Part shown: in pieces, positions 19,101 to 27,473 of the stretch
How the letters are laid out: every line of letters starts with the position of its first letter
How positions within the stretch are numbered: position 1 is the stretch's first letter
From: a virus
Lineage: Duplodnaviria; Caudoviricetes
Length of the DNA: 59,309 nucleotides
IMG/VR virus record: IMGVR_UViG_3300025012_000917
Span: 1 to 59,309 of that record
Direction: 5' to 3' (one strand)
Made by a program: the position numbers and the translations under genes
Notes under the pieces: model-generated
The model's input: only the letters and a program-made list of their open reading frames with translations
Told to the model about the DNA's origin: nothing
Database searches by the model: none

Positions 19101-19640
19101 ATAATGCAGTTCCATGTCTGGTCTAAGTCTTGATGGAAGCCGGCTATCTGCCTTCTGCGTTCCAGTTCCAAGATAGGCCGTAAAACTTGATCCCGGAGTT
19201 GCATTCGCATTATCATCAATCGCAACGTCATTGGCGCGCACGTCGCGGATATTGTTCATCTGACCTTCTCCAACTGCGACGATCCTATTAACGGTTTCTC
19301 CAGGATCGCTTTGCCATATCACATTACCCGCAAGTTTCATTTGGCCGTAAAGAACAGGAATCGCAAGTTCATTGGAAACCGTATTATCAAGCGGCCCGAT
19401 AGATCCATATCGAGGTGATCCCCCAACATCTCCCTGAAATCCAAAACTAATCTTTGGCGGTTTTGGTGGATTGAAAGCTTGAATGACAGAAACAGTAGCC
19501 GCAACAACTGCAGCTGTGATAGCAATGATTGTGAGTGTCGTAACAATATTAAACTGCGGTCGAGAAAAATCAAATCCCCAACGGCGCATTTCCCGCCAAA
19601 AACTCAGATTGAAGATTTCAATTGCTTCTTTTAATTTCAT
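16128..19640 (-). CDS. central tail tip / host-specificity protein (lambda J / GTA megatron-like) with LamG insert and FN3-like domains
   Basis: IPVLYG, SRNPAACVRDLL, EVGDVIAVTH; LamG-like FGGASLLLDGSGDY...FNGWIDE inserted; start moved to MKLKEA (ATGA overlap). Confidence 0.88.
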   Translation of the reverse strand: MKLKEAIEIFNLSFWREMRRWGFDFSRPQFNIVTTLTIIAITAAVVAATVSVIQAFNPPKPPKISFGFQGDVGGSPRYGSIGPLDNTVSNELAIPVLYGQMKLAGNVIWQSDPGETVNRIVAVGEGQMNNIRDVRANDVAIDDNANATPGSSFTAYLGTGTQKADSRLPSRLRPDMELHYTAYLALTLKTSEKISGNPTITSLCQGLLIETWDGNAWVTTRTFSRNPAACVRDLLITKRYGLGLAKSILDDASFGEVYNYCEDKVGNLGTPTREEAGTVLYGHFDGPDGSTSFLDSSNNPKIPTVFGNAQIDTSQFKFGGASLLLDGSGDYLKYAAHTDFDLGFNDFTMQAWFRLNSTSGTQIIMLVGKNGDQTYIAVDSSKFLFEVAKSATTVVQIIGTTVLSTNTWYFIRAVRAGTKFRVFLNGVQEGGDVDYSESIVASDSGMYIGKNSDGGSISGDFNGWIDESKFINGVALSVADFDVPDDKEVRFRLDYVLDSSRPAQDVLNDMLATFGGFLVYAGSKIKLRVEKPEPITQYFGDGSTTLQNATFDPNNIVKDSFQWNMSSIDDRPNRIRVQWLDPNQNFVKVYTQVEDRIDQDDRGTVITKDVSLLGITRESQALRMAKLQMAISKYSSISINFSARLESIQCEVGDVIAVTHQSARFVRRLFRIANMQEAEDETIRFTCREYNASIYDDRPGAAITIYDQPVGPNLYSALSDVTGLTLTEDNFINKDGVFVTNILVSWTAIPDDELLRLDRYLIQMSRDGGATYRDVAFVSPQKTNCRIVLGDTQTGTTFVIRVKTISDRGAESPGATASLTIEGKRTPPSDVEDFDVNFAYDHLAFTWSAIDDEDLFAYEIRVGNSDSVWETSGIIATEILVNKYDLFNFTSGAKKYFVKAIDNSANYSENAAADSINVTQIPEANVYFNFDIWSRVSQLVHPLQGTLSSELDRVPTTDFDPKAYRLTFQPKTVKTWNDYQNDGITWAQFQASSFRYGLEKFITDEQSYETEAIDIGVSVTAVFIVDFQSYSTTNLGVIIIDISTSTDGISYSAYVPFVAGQYTARYVKFRFRIQATLDSTVVRLISAYLTVDVPDRNQSILNQTIGAGGSTVNFSGFTSVKSIVVTTVGTSNLTPRIDDQSNLPNSALIKLFDTSGNLQSGSVNIAVNGY

Positions 19641-20092
19641 TCTCCGTATTTCTCCATAACCTTTTTTAAACGAATCGTTCCCCACAACATCCCGCGCCAA
19701 TGTTTATTGAACATCTGCACAAAACTCCCTTTATCGGGAAGCGCCATTAAAAAATGACGGTCATCCACCATCACACCCATACACATTGGAAATCTGTTCA
19801 CCTGCTCCTCTCCAAAAAAAAGCATAAGATCCAGTTTCTTAGCGCTTGTATAATAAATAGTTTTTCCGTATTCAGAAACGGCATTAATAAGCCGGAATGG
19901 ATTCGTCTCCCACCAATGCTCATAAACCGGCCCCATCTTATCGTCATAATTGAAATCAACTCCATGCTCGGAAAGATACATCAGACATAAGCCAATACAG
20001 TCACATCCTTCAAATGTTTTTTTGCCAAGAACATAAGGGATGTTAAGAAATTTAGGATCAACTAATATGTTCGGATCAATTTTCATAGACAT
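19637..20092 (-). CDS. NlpC/P60-like tail tip assembly protein
   Basis: FLNIPYVLG...GCDCIGL; position between hub and J-like gene. Confidence 0.8.
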   Translation of the reverse strand: MSMKIDPNILVDPKFLNIPYVLGKKTFEGCDCIGLCLMYLSEHGVDFNYDDKMGPVYEHWWETNPFRLINAVSEYGKTIYYTSAKKLDLMLFFGEEQVNRFPMCMGVMVDDRHFLMALPDKGSFVQMFNKHWRGMLWGTIRLKKVMEKYGE

Positions 20093-20099
20093 GAATTTT

Positions 20100-21020
20100 T
20101 CAACGCCTCACAAGATTATCCGGAATTGTAACAAATCCTCCGAACTCTGAATTGTTTTGAAATCTATCCCGGCAGTCATGATCGAGTGTCTTGCCGCAAT
20201 CTCTTTGAATCGTGTATTCATCTCCGGCTTGAATATTGCTCGGGAATCTAGCCTCAAGGAATAGATCGCCTGTGGCTGTAGATTGTACAATGCGCCGTTT
20301 GACGCCAATATTGCCCGTAGTGCCACCCGTCATCTCGACAATACCCGGAGCCCAATAATCCCCGGATCCGCCTTCACTTCTCGCGCCATCGACAATATGA
20401 AGTTGATCAGGGATAGAATCAACCGTTTGGCTAGTCTTTGTATCATACAATTGTGGCTGCGTTCGGTGCGTTGCGCAATCCCCGGATTCCCCAAACTTGA
20501 AAGTGCAAAGTCCCTGAAACGTTCTACGTGGAACGCTGAATGCAAGTGAGTTAAAGAAATTGTTACGCAGTTGAGCCTGAAACCTGCTTTGATTAAGAGT
20601 TGGAGCATCAATCACACCATCAAACATCACTACGAAATTATCATTCCCGCCTGAATCCTGGAGGCTGTCCAGAAGATCGATAAACACTTTTCGGATGATC
20701 ACACGTTTACCGCGCAGGTCGAGCGTAAGGAAAAGCGAAGAGAAAGTTCTATCCACATTCTCAAGGGAGATCTCGACGTTATCTATTTTAGAATCTATGT
20801 TTCGGGATATCGGCCCACGCCCAAGTCCCGTCCCGATAAAAATACGCGGGCTCCCATCCACGTGTGAATAGAAACGAATGTTCTTATTTGTAACAGCAAG
20901 GAAGATGGTATTGGAATCAACGCGATCTGTGGCTCCGAGATGAACATCCCAAAGCTCGACAGGTGCGCAAAGAGGTTCTGATTTTCTTCGAAGGAAATCA
21001 GAGGAAAGAGATCTTGCCAT
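20100..21020 (-). CDS. baseplate hub / tail tip protein (DUF2163, BR0599-like)
   Basis: PRRTFQGLC...CGKTLDHDCRDRFQNNSEFGGF Cys pattern. Confidence 0.85.
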   Translation of the reverse strand: MARSLSSDFLRRKSEPLCAPVELWDVHLGATDRVDSNTIFLAVTNKNIRFYSHVDGSPRIFIGTGLGRGPISRNIDSKIDNVEISLENVDRTFSSLFLTLDLRGKRVIIRKVFIDLLDSLQDSGGNDNFVVMFDGVIDAPTLNQSRFQAQLRNNFFNSLAFSVPRRTFQGLCTFKFGESGDCATHRTQPQLYDTKTSQTVDSIPDQLHIVDGARSEGGSGDYWAPGIVEMTGGTTGNIGVKRRIVQSTATGDLFLEARFPSNIQAGDEYTIQRDCGKTLDHDCRDRFQNNSEFGGFVTIPDNLVRR

Positions 21021-21607
21021 TAGATTACTTCCAGAAGTTCAACGCCCATTCTATAAAGATTCGGAACAAATATTTCCCGTGATAATTGATCTTCTTTAAA
21101 ACGGACTCTATAGCGGAAATTGTAATTCGATCGTAACACATCGCCTGAAGGAAGTACGGCGTTTGTGGTGATCTGCCCAAAATTCTCGACAATCGTATAA
21201 GCGGTGAAAGAAAGGAAATCTCCCGTGCCGCCGATTGAGCGCGTAAAGGATGCACTTCCCGGCGTGACGATACAGTCTCCAGTTCCGATATCAACAGATC
21301 GCCCCATATAAAACACACTTGCCGCTCCATCTCCGGATCCGAAAATTTCAGCAGTGACTGGGTTTTCGTTTGGGTTCTGAAAAAGGAAAGAATCGAAGGA
21401 TCCTTTATGGCGTGTATAAAACCGCCATATCTGATCAGCTGCCGCGTTATTTCGCGCTTCCAATCTTATTCGGAAAGTACGTCTTGGCTTTTGCCATTTT
21501 TGATAGCGTTGTTCTTTTCCGGCCTCAGATTCTGAGACAATCGTCTTATACTCGATCTCTTCTTCAAAAGGAATGTCGATAGTAAAATTGAAGATTTCAT
21601 TGCTCAT
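21020..21607 (-). CDS. distal tail protein (DUF2460-like)
   Basis: TIVSESEAGKEQRYQKW...FYTRHKGSFDSFLF...FGSGDG...YRVRF. Confidence 0.85.
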   Translation of the reverse strand: MSNEIFNFTIDIPFEEEIEYKTIVSESEAGKEQRYQKWQKPRRTFRIRLEARNNAAADQIWRFYTRHKGSFDSFLFQNPNENPVTAEIFGSGDGAASVFYMGRSVDIGTGDCIVTPGSASFTRSIGGTGDFLSFTAYTIVENFGQITTNAVLPSGDVLRSNYNFRYRVRFKEDQLSREIFVPNLYRMGVELLEVI

Positions 21608-21664
21608 ATGTAAAGTTTAAGCTCCAAACTTTAACAAGAAAATTTTAATGTAAAGATAGTTTAA

Positions 21665-21928
21665 CTATCCGACAACTTCCTGTCCCGTATTCGTTCCCAC
21701 AGTATCAGTATCAGCAGCCCCTAGAATATTCACCAGGCTCTGAGCCTGAGCCTCATTGTATTTTGGGCTTACGTATGCAGAAGGCGTTCTGCCATTTCCT
21801 GTAAGATGAATCACAGGGATCCCAATTGCTGAAGCTAATCTTTGCCGATCGCCACCGCTTAGGTTAAGTCCCTGCGATCTTGCATAAGTAATAAGTCTAT
21901 CTGTTCCGTGCATAACATAGTCACTCAA
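21665..21928 (-). CDS. hypothetical protein, paralog of 21944..22189
   Basis: YVMHGTDRLITY...AQAQSLVNILG. Confidence 0.65.
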   Translation of the reverse strand: MSDYVMHGTDRLITYARSQGLNLSGGDRQRLASAIGIPVIHLTGNGRTPSAYVSPKYNEAQAQSLVNILGAADTDTVGTNTGQEVVG

Positions 21929-21943
21929 AGTACACCTCCATTT

Positions 21944-22189
21944 TTAAATTAGTATTTGTCCACCGTTGGTTGTCACATCCGAAACATTCACACCAAGGGC
22001 GCCCGCGAGGTTCTGAGCTTCAACCTCTCCGTACTGTAACGAAAGCGAACGAATATCCCTTCCAACTCCTTGAAAATTAATCTTCGGAGATTTGATCGAT
22101 TCCGATAATCGTTCTTTTCGGCATGGCCGGCCAAGCGTGTTCCAATAATCAATTAGTGTCCTAGTTCCATTCAATATGTATGGCATCAT
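21944..22189 (-). CDS. hypothetical protein, paralog of 21665..21928
   Basis: YILNGTRTLIDY...VEAQNLAGALG. Confidence 0.65.
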   Translation of the reverse strand: MMPYILNGTRTLIDYWNTLGRPCRKERLSESIKSPKINFQGVGRDIRSLSLQYGEVEAQNLAGALGVNVSDVTTNGGQILI

Positions 22190-22195
22190 TTCCTC

Positions 22196-22753
22196 CTATG
22201 AATTATTTGATTTATTCATGAATAAAACAAGTACCAGTCTCGGATCCTCGCCTTCCCAATCTTTGGGATATCTGGAATGGAAAAGATTTGCCGGATAGAT
22301 GACACATCTATTTTTAATCATCGGTACGCTTTCATAAATTTCCCATCGGTCTTCATACATTCCGTCTTCGAATAACTTTTTTATAGAATCCGAATCTTGA
22401 GGATTTGTAGAAATCATTCCTGTCTCTTTATGCCTCCAGAAACATAACGCGCCATTATCATCTTTTAGGGAAAGAATCGCTGTATAATCCGAAAGCGCCA
22501 TGTCCGAATGGATGAAGGTATCCTGTAACATCCCTTTTTCATATCTCCTGAAATATTCAAATTTCACGAGGAACCTTCCAAGAAATTCTTTCTCTAATGC
22601 ACTTCGGCCAGCCCTGACGCATATCCCACGATAAGTAGCTGATACTATTTTATAATCCCGATAAAAAGCATCTTTTGATTCTTGCGCAATCTGCTCAAAT
22701 CTTTGGCAGAAATTATCATGAATCTCAATTTCGGAAACAACAGAATCGATCAT
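22196..22753 (-). CDS. 2OG-Fe(II) oxygenase-like protein (DUF6445-like)
   Basis: HxD (FIHSD)...NRCVIYPANLFHSR...RLVLVLF. Confidence 0.75.
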   Translation of the reverse strand: MIDSVVSEIEIHDNFCQRFEQIAQESKDAFYRDYKIVSATYRGICVRAGRSALEKEFLGRFLVKFEYFRRYEKGMLQDTFIHSDMALSDYTAILSLKDDNGALCFWRHKETGMISTNPQDSDSIKKLFEDGMYEDRWEIYESVPMIKNRCVIYPANLFHSRYPKDWEGEDPRLVLVLFMNKSNNS

Positions 22754-24357
22754 CTCGCAAAATCCCTTATAATTTTACGAACCTGGCCATTCGACATCAC
22801 AGCTTTCATGACCGCAATTTCCATTTTCTGCTGGGATGATGGGCTCGACAATTGATCCGCAAAGCTCTGAGCGTCATTCGCTTTGATAAGAAACACATGA
22901 CCGCCAGATCCTTTGACGGGTTTATTTCCTGAATTGATACCTTCCAGAATATCTTTATTCGCGGCTGCAGCGGTTTTATTTACCACGAACTCACCTGGCG
23001 TCACAAATGCCGGGACTTCGCCACCCTGTTGAAAACTTGGGATCCATCCGCCTGAACGATGTCCAGGGCCAGGAATATTCACATAATGAGATCCACTCGT
23101 TGCGCCACCTTCACCAATAGCTCCTCCGATAGTATTCATTGCTGTACTTGATGATGCCAAACTACTCGCCGCAAATGCTCCCGCTCCAGCTACAGCACCT
23201 ACAAGTCCAGCGATCGCTCCGATACCTGCAAGCGCACCGCCACCTTTTCCGCCAGATATGGAAATGGTAGGTGTACCTCGGCTCCCCATATTCGCAAGAT
23301 AAGACGCCGCTGCGCATACGCAATTCTGAATGCCCTGCAGTACCCCATAAGAATTCATCAGAAGCTTTTCCTGAGTTTGAGCAGTCGTAAGCATAGCAGC
23401 CTGACGCGCTTGTTCTGCTCCTTTAAAGCCAAACAGTTTCCCAAGCAGATCTCCGAAGCCGCCCTGCCCTGAGAATACTTTCGTCGCAATTGCTTCTGCG
23501 ATCATATCTGCGGCGTTTTTAATGAACTGGTTTCCGATCCCGCCAACAAAACCCATGATGTCTTCTTTGCTTTTGAACTTATTGGTCGCAAGCCCGGAGA
23601 TGGCTTCAGAAATTCCACCTTTAAAAATGCTGATATTCCCGCGTGTGAAATCACGTTGAATGTCTACCAATCGTTTCAATCCCAATTCACTGAGCTTGTA
23701 CGTCTCACGTTCAAGTCGTTGACGCTCTAACAATTCAGTCTCTATGATTTTTCTACGGGATGCAGAAGCTCCTTCAAGCAATTTGATTCTTTCGGCTTCT
23801 TGTTTTTTAAGAAGAGCTGTAAGAGTATCACCTCTAAGTGATGCGCTCTCCCCTTGCAGGCCAAGCAATTGAATTCTAGACTCTCTGGACATTCCAGCTT
23901 TTGCGGCAGTAGCAGCACCTTGTTGTGCACCTTTCGCGCCGAACCCAAGGAATCCCGCTAATGGAAAATTCTGAAGGGCGCTCATTGCACCTTTAAGACT
24001 AAGAAGACTGGCGATAGCATCCCCTAAATTAGATTTAAAATCACGAGTAGCATCTCCTATTTTTTCGAATTTTGCAGCAAGCGCATCGCTATGCTGCGCA
24101 AGATCTCTCATAATCAAAACAGCAGATCCAATAACAAAACTTGCCGCAAACATTTCTTTTCTGAAATCAATAATCGCTCTTCGGGCTTGTAGGCCGGCTG
24201 TTACTGATTTGTTTGTCTCAGCAGTTACACGGGAAACCGTCTGAGTTAGCTTTGCATTCTCTGCGCCAAGCTCCGCTGTTTTAGTGGAAAGATCACGAAC
24301 TTGATCTGCCCCTCTGACAACTGCTTCATATGTAATTTGAACTGTATTTAATGGCAT
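22750..24357 (-). CDS. tail tape measure protein
   Basis: Ala/Gly-rich helical protein; C-terminal GEVPAFVTPGEFVVNK; follows tail chaperones. Confidence 0.85.
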   Translation of the reverse strand: MPLNTVQITYEAVVRGADQVRDLSTKTAELGAENAKLTQTVSRVTAETNKSVTAGLQARRAIIDFRKEMFAASFVIGSAVLIMRDLAQHSDALAAKFEKIGDATRDFKSNLGDAIASLLSLKGAMSALQNFPLAGFLGFGAKGAQQGAATAAKAGMSRESRIQLLGLQGESASLRGDTLTALLKKQEAERIKLLEGASASRRKIIETELLERQRLERETYKLSELGLKRLVDIQRDFTRGNISIFKGGISEAISGLATNKFKSKEDIMGFVGGIGNQFIKNAADMIAEAIATKVFSGQGGFGDLLGKLFGFKGAEQARQAAMLTTAQTQEKLLMNSYGVLQGIQNCVCAAASYLANMGSRGTPTISISGGKGGGALAGIGAIAGLVGAVAGAGAFAASSLASSSTAMNTIGGAIGEGGATSGSHYVNIPGPGHRSGGWIPSFQQGGEVPAFVTPGEFVVNKTAAAANKDILEGINSGNKPVKGSGGHVFLIKANDAQSFADQLSSPSSQQKMEIAVMKAVMSNGQVRKIIRDFAR

Positions 24358-24358
24358 A

Positions 24359-24802
24359 TTATATTTTCCCGTCTTTAATATACCCGGTGATCAATGAATT
24401 AATGTTCTGAATATCTTGGTCTTGAAACAAAAGGAATGGACGCTTAGGAATAGATCTAGTTCCGAACTGATGATATTTAGCATAAGGAACCACTGTTCCC
24501 ATAATAAGTTTATTGTCTCCTTGAATTTTACCGACAATACTTTTTATCAATAATCCTTTTCTTATCAGTGGTTTAGATGAATATCCATGTTTCATTTTCC
24601 AACGTAAAGTCGAAAGCGCTAAAGGTTTCCAAGTTATGGGTCTTCCGGAAGATTTGAAATTATTATCGATAGATCGAAGCATCAAAAGCCTCGAAGCTTT
24701 CAAAGGAGTAGAAAGCGTTGCCATTCTTTGTTTCACAGAATTTAAAAGAACCTGCACTTCTTGAGCGCCTGTCACTTTCACCTTAACATCAAAGGATGGC
24801 AT
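24359..24802 (-). CDS. phage virion morphogenesis protein (Mu gpG / tail completion-like)
   Basis: GRPITWKPL...GTVVPYAKYHQFGTRSIPKRPFL. Confidence 0.88.
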   Translation of the reverse strand: MPSFDVKVKVTGAQEVQVLLNSVKQRMATLSTPLKASRLLMLRSIDNNFKSSGRPITWKPLALSTLRWKMKHGYSSKPLIRKGLLIKSIVGKIQGDNKLIMGTVVPYAKYHQFGTRSIPKRPFLLFQDQDIQNINSLITGYIKDGKI

Positions 24803-25047
24803 TATTTTCCTCTTCTGCTTGAGATATCCCGCAAACGTTTTTCAATGATATTGAAATCCACAAAATCACGGAACCGTTGATCATAAAATCCACCGGCAGA
24901 AGGAAGACATCGGAACTCAAAATTGAGTTCTGGAGAGCACCAAAGGTATTTGATGATGGAGCTAGGTAGTCTGGAAGATCCAAGATGCTCAAGCACGCCG
25001 GCAATGGGTATCCCTCCGGTAAGAAGCTCAACGGCGAGCTCTAATTT
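24802..25047 (-). CDS. tail assembly chaperone T segment (-1 frameshift extension)
   Basis: -1 frame reads KLELAVELLTGGIPIAGVLEHLG... through to the stop at 24802. Confidence 0.7.
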   Translation of the reverse strand, partial: KLELAVELLTGGIPIAGVLEHLGSSRLPSSIIKYLWCSPELNFEFRCLPSAGGFYDQRFRDFVDFNIIEKRLRDISSRRGK

Positions 25048-25385
25048 TTTTTTTCTTCCTCAGGCATTCTAATTCCAGAACGTTCATCGATCATACGCAC
25101 AAGCCAGAGTAAGACACCGACTGGAAGCTTTTTCTTGGTCTCAGAATTGCAGGGGACATCCACGCCGTCTTGGGTCACGCCAGACCAAGAAATCAAAGCT
25201 AATTCCATCTTAAGTTCACGCTCACGCGCAACGAGATAATTAAATCCACCTTTTCCGTCCTGAACAAGGCATTGACGGTCAACCTCTTCCTGCATGCCAA
25301 TCGTCCAATGTTTAAGTTCAAATCTGGCAATTGAAGGATGATCGATCGTGTAACTTTTAGAACTGTCAATCAGCTCAATGCTCAT
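25041..25385 (-). CDS. tail assembly chaperone G
   Basis: Between tail tube and TMP; ends EEEKKN at a slippery A-run. Confidence 0.8.
   Translation of the reverse strand: MSIELIDSSKSYTIDHPSIARFELKHWTIGMQEEVDRQCLVQDGKGGFNYLVARERELKMELALISWSGVTQDGVDVPCNSETKKKLPVGVLLWLVRMIDERSGIRMPEEEKKN
25045..25054 (-). promoter_or_regulatory. programmed -1 ribosomal frameshift site
   Basis: GAA AAA AAA AAT TAG (A10 run) immediately before the chaperone stop. Confidence 0.75.
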
Positions 25386-26272
25386 GTGGTCACAACCGTA
25401 AGTTTTAAGGAATTCTGAACCGTTGGGTCATTCACATACGCTGTAAAATTAAGAGTCTCTAAAATGAAACTTGTCTGACTCTCCATCGGTCGTTCACTCA
25501 CATCATAATTCACATTCACGAGGTCTAGTTGAAAGCTTTTAGACCCACGCTGATAAAGTGCCGTAATGCGGGACGGTAATTGATTCATGAACCGAGTGCG
25601 CATTGTGGTATCAGAAAATAGGATTGAAAGCGTTCCTGTAACCTGCGCCTTCGTAGCCGGGATCTCGCGCCTACGCGGGGTGTTCCCGTAAAGGTCGGTG
25701 ATGAGATTATTTTCCTTTGCGACGGTAAAAGATTCGACGTTCTGATTGGCTATTCCATCCAGAGTAAAGGTGCACTCCGAATGAAGGTATGGGCCATCTC
25801 CAGAAGGAAAGCTTGCCGTAGAAGCTGTCGGAAGGTTTGACAATCCAACCCCTTCGATATCCACACTGCAGCGCAACACGTCCCCCTTCTTGCTTGAGAA
25901 CTCCATGCGGCCAATCATATCCCCGGAAGTCTGGACTGTACCGATCTGGCCTTCCTGAATTTCAATTGCGAGTGAAGAAAGAGGAATCTGGGGAGTATAA
26001 GGACTTGTCGATCCACCGATTCCACATTCCCACCACTGCGTAGGGTTTGTCGGCGTGATCGGGAAAACGATTGATCCGCTTACAACTTCATGCGAATACT
26101 GACCGTTGATCTGTTCTGGGGAATTTCGGATCTTATCCTGGTAGATATAAATTTTTGATTGGCGGATGCTCTGGGATTCAATAACCTGCCAGTTGTCTAT
26201 CCCTCCACCAGAAGCAAAAGACGCTTCTTTTCGGATTCCTAGTGCACCTCGTGCTGCGATCGATACGGCCAT
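25382..26272 (-). CDS. major tail tube protein
   Basis: LGIRKEASF N-terminus, S/T-rich beta protein, precedes chaperones. Confidence 0.8.
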   Translation of the reverse strand: MAVSIAARGALGIRKEASFASGGGIDNWQVIESQSIRQSKIYIYQDKIRNSPEQINGQYSHEVVSGSIVFPITPTNPTQWWECGIGGSTSPYTPQIPLSSLAIEIQEGQIGTVQTSGDMIGRMEFSSKKGDVLRCSVDIEGVGLSNLPTASTASFPSGDGPYLHSECTFTLDGIANQNVESFTVAKENNLITDLYGNTPRRREIPATKAQVTGTLSILFSDTTMRTRFMNQLPSRITALYQRGSKSFQLDLVNVNYDVSERPMESQTSFILETLNFTAYVNDPTVQNSLKLTVVTT

Positions 26273-26292
26273 GGCTCAATCCTCCTCGTGGA

Positions 26293-27348
26293 TTATATGA
26301 AGCTCGATTGTGCGAGCGGATCTTCTATGAGTTCTTTCATCTTGCGATTGAAATAATTCCATCTACAGTCGATTTTATCACACTCTTCGACCGTCGTCAT
26401 TTCTATGACCTTGCGATGTTGTTCGCTTCCCCACACTTCATGGAACGGCTGGAAGATTGTTCCGATTGGCCGACTTTCAAAGAAGCAGCACTGCAGGATT
26501 TTTCCCGTGGCCGTAACGACCGTGTGGATTGGCGACATAAAACATTTCACCGTCGCATGCTGATGCGAAAGATTGCAAAGCACTTTCGTAAATCCATTAA
26601 AACCTTGCTGATCAGCTTGCGCCTGTAATCTTGCGAGTTCTTCCGGTTCGATATTATGATTGGAAGAATGCTCATACTTGATCTGGATATAATTGACGCG
26701 GAGATCTTCTGCCATTTTCATAAGAGGTATAAGCTCATGTTTATTGATAGAATTGAGGACTACTTTGATACCAACCTGAAAACCATTATTTGATTTAACA
26801 CCATCTTTTTCGAGATCCCGAAGCCTTACGATTTCTTTGATATTTTCAATGGCTTTATGAAACCAGTAATCTTTTCGCTTATTGCGTTTTATAGCGTCAT
26901 GCGTCTCGACCGTCGCGGCATCAAGCCCACACCGGATATATTTAAAATGCTGAACCATGCTTTCTAATGGCATCGGATTGCAGGCATGTGTGATGATACC
27001 GAGCTGATATCCCATTCCCCACGCGCGCTCATAGATGTCCTGAAAGTCAGGGTGTAGAGTCGGTTCTCCTCCCCCGGAGAATTCTAAGGATTCAGCGCCG
27101 GCGGTCTTGGCCTGAAGGAGCCATCCTAAAAACTTTTCCTTGTCAATATACTGATGACTCTTCTCATGATTCGTATCCGAAAAAAAACAGTACGTGCAGT
27201 CAAGATTGCAAACCTCAGATACCCAACATGAAATAAAACGCGGAGCAGGAAATGCAATGTTCTTATCGCCTTCGTAAATGGACTGATACAGTTGGCGGCC
27301 TTCTTTGAGGAACGTCAGGATTCGATCTTCGCCCCACGCATGATTCAT
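26293..27348 (-). CDS. radical SAM protein with SPASM/twitch domain
   Basis: CNLDCTYC, FSGGGEPTLHP, C-terminal C...G.I.QCC...C..C. Confidence 0.92.
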   Translation of the reverse strand: MNHAWGEDRILTFLKEGRQLYQSIYEGDKNIAFPAPRFISCWVSEVCNLDCTYCFFSDTNHEKSHQYIDKEKFLGWLLQAKTAGAESLEFSGGGEPTLHPDFQDIYERAWGMGYQLGIITHACNPMPLESMVQHFKYIRCGLDAATVETHDAIKRNKRKDYWFHKAIENIKEIVRLRDLEKDGVKSNNGFQVGIKVVLNSINKHELIPLMKMAEDLRVNYIQIKYEHSSNHNIEPEELARLQAQADQQGFNGFTKVLCNLSHQHATVKCFMSPIHTVVTATGKILQCCFFESRPIGTIFQPFHEVWGSEQHRKVIEMTTVEECDKIDCRWNYFNRKMKELIEDPLAQSSFI

Positions 27349-27473
27349 CGTTTCACCACTTCAAACTCCATCCCACACGCAATAGGATGTGTATCCTCTT
27401 TTGATTCGAGAACTTTCTTACACCATTTACACTGCAGCAGATTGGCTGGCAGTTCGATAGATATCATCTTCAT
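27345..27473 (-). CDS. small Zn-finger-like peptide (42 aa)
   Basis: Hand-translated MKMISIELPANLLQCKWCKK...HPIACG; GGAG RBS; ATGA-coupled to radical SAM gene. Confidence 0.45.
   Translation of the reverse strand: MKMISIELPANLLQCKWCKKVLESKEDTHPIACGMEFEVVKR

Noticed and set aside
19480-19640. Prepilin-like cleavage site (RRWG|F) at the start of the J-like protein
   Set aside because: There is no Glu at +5 and the hydrophobic stretch is offset. Hydrophobic N-termini are normal for this tail protein family.
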